Shown here piece after piece: positions 1 through 9,279 of a stretch of DNA of 64,000 bases. The stretch is from the IMG/VR virus record IMGVR_UViG_3300042560_001323, positions 179,167 through 243,166 of that record, one strand, 5' to 3'. Each line of letters opens with the position of its first letter. Positions within the stretch are counted from its first letter, which is position 1. The notes beneath the pieces are model-generated. The model was not told the origin of the DNA. It saw only the letters and a program-made list of their open reading frames with translations, and searched no databases. Made by a program: the position numbers and the translations under genes.

Positions 1-426
1 GACATTACTAATGAAAGAACCATTAACTACTAGATTATTGTTGACTAGAACATTATTAGGAAATGTTACATCAGATCCACCGAAACCAACTGCGGTCTGT
101 CCCGTTGATGAAAGAATTTCATCACCGCTTACCCTAATCTTGCCTAGAAATGATGTAATACCTGGGGTTGAAGTATTACCAATAGTGAGTGTTGTTGTTG
201 CATAAGAAATTATGCTTCTATAAGGATTAAAACTTAGCCCCGAACTTGTAAAAACCTGACTAGTTGAAGGTGTCGTTGAATTAACTCCAACGAAAGTCAG
301 ATAATAAAGAGCATCATTCTCTTTCTTTTGTGTGTAAATCCTAAAGGCGGAATCTGCAATCGGGTCTTGAATCGTGCTTACTTTATAGACTCCCGCCCCT
401 AGTCTTACCGAATACTGGTCACTCAT
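1..426 (-). CDS. Partial (runs off window) tail fibre/structural-like protein, MSDQYSVRLGAG...
   Basis: Manually translated open frame from ATG at 426 (ATGA overlap with upstream stop) to window edge; G/S/T/N-rich. Confidence 0.6.
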   Translation of the reverse strand, partial: MSDQYSVRLGAGVYKVSTIQDPIADSAFRIYTQKKENDALYYLTFVGVNSTTPSTSQVFTSSGLSFNPYRSIISYATTTLTIGNTSTPGITSFLGKIRVSGDEILSSTGQTAVGFGGSDVTFPNNVLVNNNLVVNGSFISNV

Positions 427-755
427 CGTGCTGCGGTCTCCTCTACCATAATTGTACCTCTAACTGCCTTGATTGTCTCAAACTCATTTATAAGAAGAAC
501 ATCAAAGTAGTTTCTTCCGGTTTTCAGGTTTTGGGTGTCGGCTTTACCCATTTGGAGTGAAATATACCCGATTGCTCCTAGAGTTGCTGCGATAAACGTT
601 GCATAAGAAGGAGAACTGGGATACTTTCTTATTTTAGCAATAGGTGTATAACTTGATAAATCAAGGGGATTACCATCAAATGCGCTAATTAAAAAGGACA
701 CGGAAAAATCCGTTCCCTTATCAATTATAATACTAGTAATCTCTTGAACGGCCAT
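423..755 (-). CDS. Conserved cyanophage small virion protein (BppU N-terminal-like fold)
   Basis: IDKGTDFS...AKIRK...GRNYFDVLL...GTIMV pattern typical of these beta-sandwich virion proteins. Confidence 0.6.
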   Translation of the reverse strand: MAVQEITSIIIDKGTDFSVSFLISAFDGNPLDLSSYTPIAKIRKYPSSPSYATFIAATLGAIGYISLQMGKADTQNLKTGRNYFDVLLINEFETIKAVRGTIMVEETAAR

Positions 756-1021
756 TAGTTAGTAAATCCTACTTTATTTGCTTTAATTGCTGAATTGGTG
801 AAAATAACATCCGTTGGATTTTTTTGTAAAAATTCAACAGAATTTGCAGGAATTGTAAATACAAATGTTGCGGATGCACCAACAGAAGTTGAAATGCTGA
901 CTTGAATCGCTCCAGCGGTACTGTTACAGAGCCTAACGCAGGTTGCAGAGTTAAGGCTAGTAGCAGCCCCGGCAGATGTGGCGGTTGTAATTTCAGTCTC
1001 AATGAGTTTAGTGATTTGCAT
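755..1021 (-). CDS. Conserved cyanophage hypothetical protein
   Basis: ATCVRL.N...EFLQK.PTD.I...KVGFTN motif; late promoter directly upstream. Confidence 0.7.
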   Translation of the reverse strand: MQITKLIETEITTATSAGAATSLNSATCVRLCNSTAGAIQVSISTSVGASATFVFTIPANSVEFLQKNPTDVIFTNSAIKANKVGFTN

Positions 1022-1044
1022 TAGTAAAAATAGTCCATAATTAT

Positions 1045-1052
1045 TATTTATA
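1045..1052 (-). promoter_or_regulatory. T4-type late promoter TATAAATA
   Basis: Exact consensus about 24 nt upstream of the ATG at 1021. Confidence 0.7.
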
Positions 1053-1055
1053 TTC

Positions 1056-2300
1056 TTAACGACTAATCTCTTCCCAATCTATGGAAGCGTGAATTTTGGA
1101 GTCATTGGAATTAGCTGCAGCCGCCAGGGTTATTTCAAACGGTGTTTTAGTCAGACTATTTCTTTCTAATTGGAATTTGAAAAGGGCTTCTTTCAAAATG
1201 TCTACGTTTGAATTATTCTGATTGGATGCACTAAAATACCCAGATGCGAGTGTTTTACCGCCGGTAATAGAACCGCCATTAATTTTATACTCAACTGCGG
1301 AATCTATTCCAGCGTCAATCCAAGTGCCGCCAGCCGTAGTTCCACTTGCAATAACTTTCCAATTATAGTTTGAGTTATTAGTAGTGCCCATCATAGAGAT
1401 AGCGGTCAAAATAACAATGGCATCCAATCTATCTGGAATAGTTTTTAATCTAAGTGACAATACGGGATACATCATTCCCGCTGTTGGCAGATTAACAGGA
1501 ACAGTAATTGGAGTTCCAATGGCTTGCTGTAAACCTCTTAATTCGTAACCACCTTCTGAGATAACGGTTGAACAAACCTGTTTTAATGTGCTTGAACTTG
1601 TAGTTACACCAGTATTGGTAATTTCATATCTAAGAGGGAGAGATGCTGTTGTCATATAAGTTGCTTCAATCGCATTTGCATGATGAAACGAATGTGCGTG
1701 TATTGTTTTTCCGTCTATAATAAATCCTGCTCTAACAGTTCCTTCACCTAACCATTCAATGTCGGTCCAGAAAATTTGGGCTTTAGTAATGTCTAACTTT
1801 ATTCCAGTTGGATTAGATGAACCTACACCAGTTAAGGTATCAACATTCCAAGCAGATTGTGGAACTCTATTTTCTGAGAGAATTCCAGTAACGATACTGC
1901 GTTCTACAATGTTTACTATATCTCCATTCAATTCAAAGTAAATTCCATTATCTACCCCAAAATAACCAATTCTTTGCCTAAGATTTTCCTTTGGATGATT
2001 CATAACGCCAGTATTGTCTATAGTCAAACCTTTTCCGGGTTGATACGAAAATACTTTCGTTGTTTCTCGGATAATCTGACAGGTAGAGCCGACACCAACT
2101 GTAAGCTCAATTAAACCCTGATTTTGATTAAATGAGTATGTGGTTCCTGCTCCAGTTGCAAGAGTTGACCAGAGATTATTGTCTCTATAACGATAGCTAG
2201 AATCAAATAAAGTTAAAGGATTAGAAACTTTTAGTCGTCCAAAAGCATCGTATAAATTTTGACTAGGAGTAAATAAATATGACATTAAACTATTCTCCAA
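1056..2300 (-). CDS. Virion structural protein (conserved cyanophage hypothetical)
   Basis: 414-aa ORF, DAFGRL.VS.P.TLFDS N-terminal motif, in structural cluster. Confidence 0.6.
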   Translation of the reverse strand: MENSLMSYLFTPSQNLYDAFGRLKVSNPLTLFDSSYRYRDNNLWSTLATGAGTTYSFNQNQGLIELTVGVGSTCQIIRETTKVFSYQPGKGLTIDNTGVMNHPKENLRQRIGYFGVDNGIYFELNGDIVNIVERSIVTGILSENRVPQSAWNVDTLTGVGSSNPTGIKLDITKAQIFWTDIEWLGEGTVRAGFIIDGKTIHAHSFHHANAIEATYMTTASLPLRYEITNTGVTTSSSTLKQVCSTVISEGGYELRGLQQAIGTPITVPVNLPTAGMMYPVLSLRLKTIPDRLDAIVILTAISMMGTTNNSNYNWKVIASGTTAGGTWIDAGIDSAVEYKINGGSITGGKTLASGYFSASNQNNSNVDILKEALFKFQLERNSLTKTPFEITLAAAANSNDSKIHASIDWEEISR

Positions 2301-3061
2301 CCATTATTGTAAATAAATGTAAGCGAACCATAGTCAAAACCGATAACCGCTTTATCTTTTCCATCAACTGTATCTGCGCTTGTGGGAATTACTGTAATGT
2401 AACGATTTGCTCCTTTAGATGCTTGGCCTAGCTCATCCTTGACAACATAACAAGTTCCATTTTCAACATTACCCGGAAGCGTTATCGTTACCGCTCCGGG
2501 ATAGTTTACTCCAATATAGTAATCAGTTAACTGAACCACGTGTGCTGCAGATGTTACAGAAACGGTTGCATAACGAATTCCACTGCTTCCTGGATCGGCA
2601 CCCTCCCATTTTTTTGTTGTATCGTTGTAACGAAGAAACTTATTATTGACTTTAACTGAGTTTCTATCAACATCATCTAAAAATTCTAGGCGAGTTTCCC
2701 CGCCGCCACCTATAGTTGAAAGTTGCTGTTGTATTCTTGCCAAAAATGACTGATAATGCTTTTGAAAAGCCTCAACAGTCATAAAGTTCTGATTAAGAGG
2801 AGTTAAAGGATCCTCATTTTTTGTATTAGTTGGCTCAGCGAGAAGTCCTAATGATTTCTCTATTAAAGATACTTCTTCTTTAATTGGCTCAATCTTTGGT
2901 TTCGATTTTATTGTTTTAGTCTTTCTTTTTGGTTTGGCTTCCTCCAGTAAAGGCTTAACAAAAAAATCATCAAAAGAAGTGGAAACTAATTCTTCTACTT
3001 CTTTTTGTTGTATTTTTTTTTCTTTACTTACAGCCTCAAAGAAATCTTTGAGTTCGCTCAT
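2285..3061 (-). CDS. Hypothetical protein with C-terminal tail-fibre-like domain
   Basis: Charged N-terminus, GGGGETRLEFLDDV linker, DYYIGVN..AVTITLP...YGSLTFIYNNGWRIV C-terminal domain. Confidence 0.6.
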   Translation of the reverse strand: MSELKDFFEAVSKEKKIQQKEVEELVSTSFDDFFVKPLLEEAKPKRKTKTIKSKPKIEPIKEEVSLIEKSLGLLAEPTNTKNEDPLTPLNQNFMTVEAFQKHYQSFLARIQQQLSTIGGGGETRLEFLDDVDRNSVKVNNKFLRYNDTTKKWEGADPGSSGIRYATVSVTSAAHVVQLTDYYIGVNYPGAVTITLPGNVENGTCYVVKDELGQASKGANRYITVIPTSADTVDGKDKAVIGFDYGSLTFIYNNGWRIV

Positions 3062-3219
3062 TCATCCTCTGAACCATTAAAGAGTGAAGTAGAAACTTCG
3101 GGAACTAGTGCATCAACTTTTTCCATTGCCTTATCCTTAATGATATCCTTGATAAGGTCACTAATTTGTGCCGGTGATTCGTCTGCTGCAATCAAATCAA
3201 GTAGGTCTTGGTCTTCCAT
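3058..3219 (-). CDS. Small acidic protein following gp20 (gp67-like position), MEDQDLLDLIAADESPAQISD...
   Basis: 53-aa ORF translated manually; resembles the conserved small gene downstream of cyanophage g20. Confidence 0.65.
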   Translation of the reverse strand: MEDQDLLDLIAADESPAQISDLIKDIIKDKAMEKVDALVPEVSTSLFNGSEDE

Positions 3220-3244
3220 TTTGTTATAAATTAACTAAGTCTAT

Positions 3245-6200
3245 TTAGATTTCCCCGCCCTTAGGCATTTTGGGTTCTTTGGGTTTAATATCCGGTTCTA
3301 CGGGAACTTTACCAGATTGACCTTTTATGTTGTTACCCGCGCTAGAGGCTGCTGTGGGGCTCTGTGGGGTGGCTGCAGTGCCTTCTGGTGGGACCATACC
3401 CACTTCTATGGGTAAACCAGTTCGTGGGTCAACTGGTGCATTTGGGTCGGGAATAATACCGTCTTCAATCTCCTTTGCCATAATTTCATCTTGCTCAATA
3501 ATCTCCTCATCAGTCTGACGAAGAATCTTGCGGCGCAAATAATCTTGTGAGAAATATCTTCCAACATAAGGCTCTGCCATAGATGCCATATTGAGCCTTT
3601 CGGTGAAGAGTTCAGATTCCTTAAGTTCAGCAAAGTGATTATCATATAGAAAGTCAAACTGAATATGTTCAGCCATTTTTTTCCAGTCTTCTGGCGTTAC
3701 GATATTCTTCAGTAAAAGTTGGGTTCTTAGGAGATCAATAAAAAGTTGAGAGAAGCGTTTGCGGAGTCTTCCCACAAATTTTGTGAACTTAACTTCATCT
3801 CTGAGGATTTCAGTTGAACGGCCAAGGTTAAATCCACTATCTCCGCCGATGCGAGTCTCTGGCACATTTAGTGCCTTATATAGATTACGTTTGAAGTAAT
3901 CTAAATCGGACAATTCGCCAAGACTGCTATTTTTAGTATAAATGCCACAGGAAAGAGCAAAGGTGTGATAGTTATGAATAGACTCGTCTGAATCAATAGT
4001 TAATGTTCCAACTTCAATTTCATCAGTTAGATATTCAATATTTGTAATAGTATGGTTATAAAATTTAGTTTCCATTCTAAAATGATGCCAGTTTTTGTAA
4101 CCAAAATCTTTAACCATATTCCTAACAATATTTACTGTAAACCCATTGGAGACGTTTACATTTGGGATAGACTTGTTAGCATTAAGTTCGCTGAAAAGAT
4201 TCCGCATTGAAATATTTTCATTGAGCATATTGCATACGTCAATTGCCTTAACTTGATGTGTGGTTTTTCCAATAACTATATTTTTTACGAACTCGAAATG
4301 TGAACGGGAAACTGCAACTTTTTGTCGCTCTTGATGATTCTCTTTATATTGTCTTGCATAAACTGGGTCACTAAAGCGCATCTGCGAAGACTCTCTACTT
4401 CTGTTTGCAGCTTCTTCCTTCATTTCTTCAGTCCAACTATTTCGTATTTGTTGTCTGAACCATTCATTGTAATCTGGGTCTTTTAATTTCTCCTGAAGGG
4501 ATTCTGATGCACCCTCAAGATTTTTTATAGAGGTTTCAATCTTCTTCTCTTTTTCATCCTCTGTGAGATTTTTAAAATGATTAATCTGACTGTTTTTTAT
4601 GTTTAAACACCATTCTTCTCGTTTTTCGGGAGTAATTGTTTCCCAGGTTCTTTTTCTTGCTTCAGAAGCCCGCTTCTTATATTCAAGGTAGAGTTCTGGA
4701 TTAGTTTCTTTTAAGGATTCAAGAAACAGTTTCTTGATTTTATTGATTTCTTTTGAATGATAATGAATATGGTCAAAATGACCCATAAAGCATAGATTAT
4801 CTGGGTTATTATTAAAACGGTTTAAATCAATGTGATGAATGGTTTGTTTTGGTTCATTTTTGTCCTCATAGATGAAATCATTACAGTAAGAGCCTTTACA
4901 GCGATTTGCAATTAATCTATGGGTGAATTTCCAAGTTTTATCAACATTATCATAAATCATTTCATAATCTGAAGAACTCTTGCTGATTTTTTCCTTCTTC
5001 CTATGAAGAGGGATCATACTTTGTCCTACAGTCAAATCCTTTGCCTCAACAAAACCCAGGTCATAAATTGGGAACTTGTGGTCGTAAGTGCATACAAAGC
5101 TCTCATCGTTATCAAGAGTAATCTTTATAACCTTTGCACTCTTTTGTGTTACTCCGGCCCAAGAAATCAAACCCGGCGCAAACTCACCAGTTGAAGGATG
5201 ACAAGAGTAAGTCCAAAGTTGCTCACCATTTTTCATTTCGGACTCAATCTCTGAAATTGTCAATTCTCTTCCATCTAGTAGAGACACTTTTGTATCCATT
5301 GATAGACAGCCCGCCGGTAAGGTGGTAACCTCAGTTCCGCGACCACCTTCTCTACGGGGGAACCAAAAGTCTTCCATAAGACTCATAAACTTACGAGAAG
5401 TATCTACCTCACCGGTAAGGCTATTGTAGTTCATCTTATTACGATACTTCATCATCTGCTCACGAAGGAACTGCTCAGCCTTGGGTTTTGGTAGATTACC
5501 TACGTCAATATAGAAAATTCTTTTTTCTGAACTTCTACTGAGACGATAAATGACTACACTATCTTCAATCATTCTAAGTTGATTGAGAACTTTGATTGCT
5601 TTATTAAGATATGAAAGGGATGTCCCCTTATTTCTATCAACCAAGCCCGAGGTACAATATGCGATGGATTCTTTTGTAAATTTGATTCCCTTTTCCGCAC
5701 CAGCGGTCATACCTGCTGCACCTACTGGATATGTTTGTTTGGGACTATAAACAAAATATTCCTCAAGTTCTGGGAAAACTTGTTCATTTGGCCCTTGATC
5801 TCCATACATTTTTGGACCAAGAATATCTTTCTTTTGCTTTTTCGCTTGACGAACATAGCGAATTTTCATTGCATCCACATACCGAATATCTTGAATTCCA
5901 GCGTGTGGGTCTTTAATGTCAATTAGTTTATGATAATAAAGCCGCCCATCAATATACCAGTTCCTAAAAATTTCGTGAGACTTTTTATCAAAATCGAGCA
6001 TTTCAAGAATTGCTTTAAATTCCTGACGAATCGCATTTTTAATTCCATCACTTGCATTAAGATTAGAAAGTTCAATCTCAATTGGAGAATCGTTTGTATC
6101 CGATACAATTGCCTCGTTTACAATATCTTCAATGGCGCTATCAACTTCGTGATGAAGCGCCATTTCCCGATAACGTTTGATTAAATCAAACTCTGTTCTA

Positions 6201-6352
6201 TAAACACCTTCAACATCAACATAAGAACCAAAAAAGCCGGTTGTCAAATAATGATCGGAACCATCATCATTATTAGGGGGGACCGGCGAAATTATATTTT
6301 TAGATAATTTTTTATCGTTATCTTCAATAGAAAATCCAAATAATCTAGCCAT
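3245..6352 (-). CDS. gp20: Portal vertex protein gp20 containing an intein
   Basis: MARLFGFSI, YREMALHHEVDSAIEDIVNEA, RIFYIDVGNLPK, EDFWFPRREGGRGTEVTTLP motifs; 1035 aa = about 575 aa extein + 460 aa insert. Confidence 0.97.
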   Translation of the reverse strand: MARLFGFSIEDNDKKLSKNIISPVPPNNDDGSDHYLTTGFFGSYVDVEGVYRTEFDLIKRYREMALHHEVDSAIEDIVNEAIVSDTNDSPIEIELSNLNASDGIKNAIRQEFKAILEMLDFDKKSHEIFRNWYIDGRLYYHKLIDIKDPHAGIQDIRYVDAMKIRYVRQAKKQKKDILGPKMYGDQGPNEQVFPELEEYFVYSPKQTYPVGAAGMTAGAEKGIKFTKESIAYCTSGLVDRNKGTSLSYLNKAIKVLNQLRMIEDSVVIYRLSRSSEKRIFYIDVGNLPKPKAEQFLREQMMKYRNKMNYNSLTGEVDTSRKFMSLMEDFWFPRREGGRGTEVTTLPAGCLSMDTKVSLLDGRELTISEIESEMKNGEQLWTYSCHPSTGEFAPGLISWAGVTQKSAKVIKITLDNDESFVCTYDHKFPIYDLGFVEAKDLTVGQSMIPLHRKKEKISKSSSDYEMIYDNVDKTWKFTHRLIANRCKGSYCNDFIYEDKNEPKQTIHHIDLNRFNNNPDNLCFMGHFDHIHYHSKEINKIKKLFLESLKETNPELYLEYKKRASEARKRTWETITPEKREEWCLNIKNSQINHFKNLTEDEKEKKIETSIKNLEGASESLQEKLKDPDYNEWFRQQIRNSWTEEMKEEAANRSRESSQMRFSDPVYARQYKENHQERQKVAVSRSHFEFVKNIVIGKTTHQVKAIDVCNMLNENISMRNLFSELNANKSIPNVNVSNGFTVNIVRNMVKDFGYKNWHHFRMETKFYNHTITNIEYLTDEIEVGTLTIDSDESIHNYHTFALSCGIYTKNSSLGELSDLDYFKRNLYKALNVPETRIGGDSGFNLGRSTEILRDEVKFTKFVGRLRKRFSQLFIDLLRTQLLLKNIVTPEDWKKMAEHIQFDFLYDNHFAELKESELFTERLNMASMAEPYVGRYFSQDYLRRKILRQTDEEIIEQDEIMAKEIEDGIIPDPNAPVDPRTGLPIEVGMVPPEGTAATPQSPTAASSAGNNIKGQSGKVPVEPDIKPKEPKMPKGGEI
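3929..5308 (-). mobile_element. Intein in gp20 (aa 349-808) with HNH endonuclease domain
   Basis: Starts CLSMDTKVSLLDG, block B FVCTYDHKF, ends HNYHTFALSCGIYTKN followed by Ser +1; internal TIHHIDLNRFNNNPDNL HNH motif; removal gives TLPAG-SSLGELSD matching gp20 TLPGGQNLGEL. Confidence 0.92.
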
Positions 6353-6385
6353 TAATAAAGTTTACCTTTGTTTGACTTATTTAGA

Positions 6386-7012
6386 TTAGAAAATTGGGGC
6401 GTTTACTTGGTCAGTAATACCGTTAGCGTTACCAGCAGTCCAATGTGTCATTTGGAACTCTACAGTAAAGGTCTGAATTTGGTCAGTTGAATCCCAGTTG
6501 AGGTCAATAGAGCTGACATTGGTTGGCCAGATATTATGAATAATATAAGTGCGAATTGGGTTTACAGTGGTGCCATTTGTTGCATTTGAAACTTGAGTAG
6601 ATTCAATTCCACTATCATAACCTCGGCCGAGTTGGTGAACATATGCAAGGTTCGCCATAACAGATTCTGGCCTTGTCACACCAGTACCAGTCTCCATACG
6701 ATTAATGGAATTTGACCACGATTCAAAAGCGGTACGGATCTTAAAGTTTTCATCATTAATAACGGTAATAGACCAAGGATCATAAGTTCTATCTCCAGGA
6801 ACTCTTAGAATACGACCTCTGAAACTTACGTCTACTGGGTTAATATTAGATGCGGGAATTGGGGCACCTTTACACATAAATGTAAATGTATCGTTATCCC
6901 AGCCGGGAACAATATTAGGAAATGCTGGAATACTTACCTCAAATAGATTAGAGCGAGCGCCGCCGCCTGCTAGTCTAGATTTAAAGCCGGTGATTGTTTT
7001 TAATGATGCCAT
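6386..7012 (-). CDS. gp19: Tail tube protein gp19
   Basis: GGARSNLFEV, GDRTYDPWSITVINDENFKIR motifs; follows gp18. Confidence 0.95.
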   Translation of the reverse strand: MASLKTITGFKSRLAGGGARSNLFEVSIPAFPNIVPGWDNDTFTFMCKGAPIPASNINPVDVSFRGRILRVPGDRTYDPWSITVINDENFKIRTAFESWSNSINRMETGTGVTRPESVMANLAYVHQLGRGYDSGIESTQVSNATNGTTVNPIRTYIIHNIWPTNVSSIDLNWDSTDQIQTFTVEFQMTHWTAGNANGITDQVNAPIF

Positions 7013-7052
7013 TTTAGTTTTGAGACCTCCGTTTTTATTAGTTAGTTATAAA

Positions 7053-9218
7053 TCAAGCGCGACCAGTTACTTCTTCAAAACTTACACCCGTGCGGGTAGC
7101 AACGAAAGTAAGAGTTACAAAGTTAATTGCCTTAACTGGCTTGAGATAAATGTCGGCTCTAAACTCATTGTTATCAACAACATCATCTGTGTTATTTGAT
7201 TTATCACAAATAACTCGGAAATCGTAAATGCCACCCTTTGCTTGAATATCCCGAAGATACGGCTCAACAATGTTAATAAAGTTAGAGCGAGTTTGTTCGG
7301 TGTTGTTTTCAAATAATGTTGAATTTGCAGTTGAACTAATAGCCTGCTCTACAGTTAGGAACAACCTACGAACGTTAATCCGGTCAAATGCTGATGCATA
7401 ACCCAGAGCAGTTTTATCACCCCAAAGGGTTGGACCAAATCCCGGAACATTTACAATGGCATTAATGCGAGAAGGATATAGACGATCTCTCTGGCTCTTA
7501 TCCGGGCTATATGCAAGATTAATTGCACCATTGAGAACACCTCTTTGTTGGCCAGCAGGAGAATTCCAGGGATATGCAACAATATTAGTGCGAATCATTA
7601 GGCCGGCAATATCGGGGTTACAAGGAATGTAGCGGTAACTATTATTAAATCTATCAAACGTATATTTATAACCGGTATCAAATACTGCGTATGAACTACT
7701 AGAGAGACTGGTATAGAACTCAATAACGTTATTTGTCTGGGTTTCAGTATTTGTTAAACCTACAACATCAGGGCGATGTGGTGAAATGGTTGCGATACAA
7801 TCTTTTCTTTGGTTTGCGATAGAAATAAGTTGATTTGCTTTTGCCTGTGAATCAATCTTATTGGTATAACCTGGACCCATAATAAGGTAATCTAGGGGAT
7901 AATTATCCGCATCGGCAAAAAATTGATAAGAGGTAATAATATCGGCAAGAGTTGGCAGCATTCCACCATTATTGCCGTAATCTTTACCGCCTCTAAGTGA
8001 AAATACCGAATTGCCGATTGCACCAAATGTTACGCTTTGAGTGGGATTATTCCATAGACCTTGACCCAGCGTGAACGGGGTGAAACCACTACTAAATCCG
8101 GTTGAATAAACAACTTCATTGTTACTATTATCTGATGGATTATCTCCAACGTAAATATAATTAGAATACTCTGCAATATAACTTTTCCAGAAAATATTTT
8201 GAGGAACATTTACGGTTGAGCGGGCATCTGTCGCTTTAGAAAGATTAACAAACTTCTCAAGAAGATTTCCTTGAATGCCGGTAATAGTTCCGGTATCATC
8301 AATTACAACAATGTGAATTGCATCAGTTTTGCTATTGCGCTCCAGTGAATATTGATTAGATACGGGTTTAGGTGCGATTGATTTCCAATAAATGTTGCTA
8401 TTAGTAAGAGGAATTACTTGCTCGTTATACCAATCTTTTACTACTGAAGCAGTTGTAGTAGCAATACCGACACCATTATTATTGATTATAGAAATATTAT
8501 TGCTCGTTAGGAATGAACTAAGCTGTGAACGCTCAGCATAGGTTACGTCAGTTTCAACTCTATTTGAATCTACAACTGAAGTAATCTTTACATCAATGGT
8601 GCTATTGCCAACACCAGTGATAATTGCTTTTAGGTAACCATTGAAAAGAGATGTGGCACCGATACCAGCAGCGGGCTGATTGACTAATGGAGTAGTAACA
8701 GCAAAACCAACAATGCCTGAGGTTGCAGCGGCTCCTACGGTAAGAATTTGGTCTGCTTTGTCATCAATGATGGCGACTTTTAGATTATTTGCCCACTCAC
8801 CTGGAGTTTTGGCTGCGAAGATATAAGTTTGAGTATCGCTAGAATGATTAAGATTATAATCGTCAAAGTTTTTAATTTTTAAGTTGGCTTGCCCAACAGT
8901 TGAAACCCCAACCGCATCGTGTTTTGCATTAGCATTAACTAGATTGCTACCATCGCAACGGATAGTCTTAAGAACTCCACCATAAGTTAGAAAAGATGAG
9001 GCGGATAGCCAATACTCATACTGTGCATCATTATTTTGAGGCTTACCAAAAACGGTAAGCAGTTCCTGCTCGTTTCTAATATTTACAGCCTGTTCAACCG
9101 GCCCAATACTAAAAGGACCGGCAATCGCTCCAATATTATCAATAATGTTATCTACGCGACCAACCGTTTGGTCAACTTCTCTAATGATATATCCAGGAGA
9201 TAATTGGGGTGTCGCCAT
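7053..9218 (-). CDS. gp18: Tail sheath protein gp18
   Basis: LSPGYIIRE N-terminus, SPAGQQRG, FDRINVRRLF, YLKPVKAINFVTLTFVATRTGVSFEE. Confidence 0.97.
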   Translation of the reverse strand: MATPQLSPGYIIREVDQTVGRVDNIIDNIGAIAGPFSIGPVEQAVNIRNEQELLTVFGKPQNNDAQYEYWLSASSFLTYGGVLKTIRCDGSNLVNANAKHDAVGVSTVGQANLKIKNFDDYNLNHSSDTQTYIFAAKTPGEWANNLKVAIIDDKADQILTVGAAATSGIVGFAVTTPLVNQPAAGIGATSLFNGYLKAIITGVGNSTIDVKITSVVDSNRVETDVTYAERSQLSSFLTSNNISIINNNGVGIATTTASVVKDWYNEQVIPLTNSNIYWKSIAPKPVSNQYSLERNSKTDAIHIVVIDDTGTITGIQGNLLEKFVNLSKATDARSTVNVPQNIFWKSYIAEYSNYIYVGDNPSDNSNNEVVYSTGFSSGFTPFTLGQGLWNNPTQSVTFGAIGNSVFSLRGGKDYGNNGGMLPTLADIITSYQFFADADNYPLDYLIMGPGYTNKIDSQAKANQLISIANQRKDCIATISPHRPDVVGLTNTETQTNNVIEFYTSLSSSSYAVFDTGYKYTFDRFNNSYRYIPCNPDIAGLMIRTNIVAYPWNSPAGQQRGVLNGAINLAYSPDKSQRDRLYPSRINAIVNVPGFGPTLWGDKTALGYASAFDRINVRRLFLTVEQAISSTANSTLFENNTEQTRSNFINIVEPYLRDIQAKGGIYDFRVICDKSNNTDDVVDNNEFRADIYLKPVKAINFVTLTFVATRTGVSFEEVTGRA

Positions 9219-9279
9219 TTTTATGCCTAATTTCAGTAAGTCTTAATAGTATTTATGAATCTAAGCATTTAAACTACAA

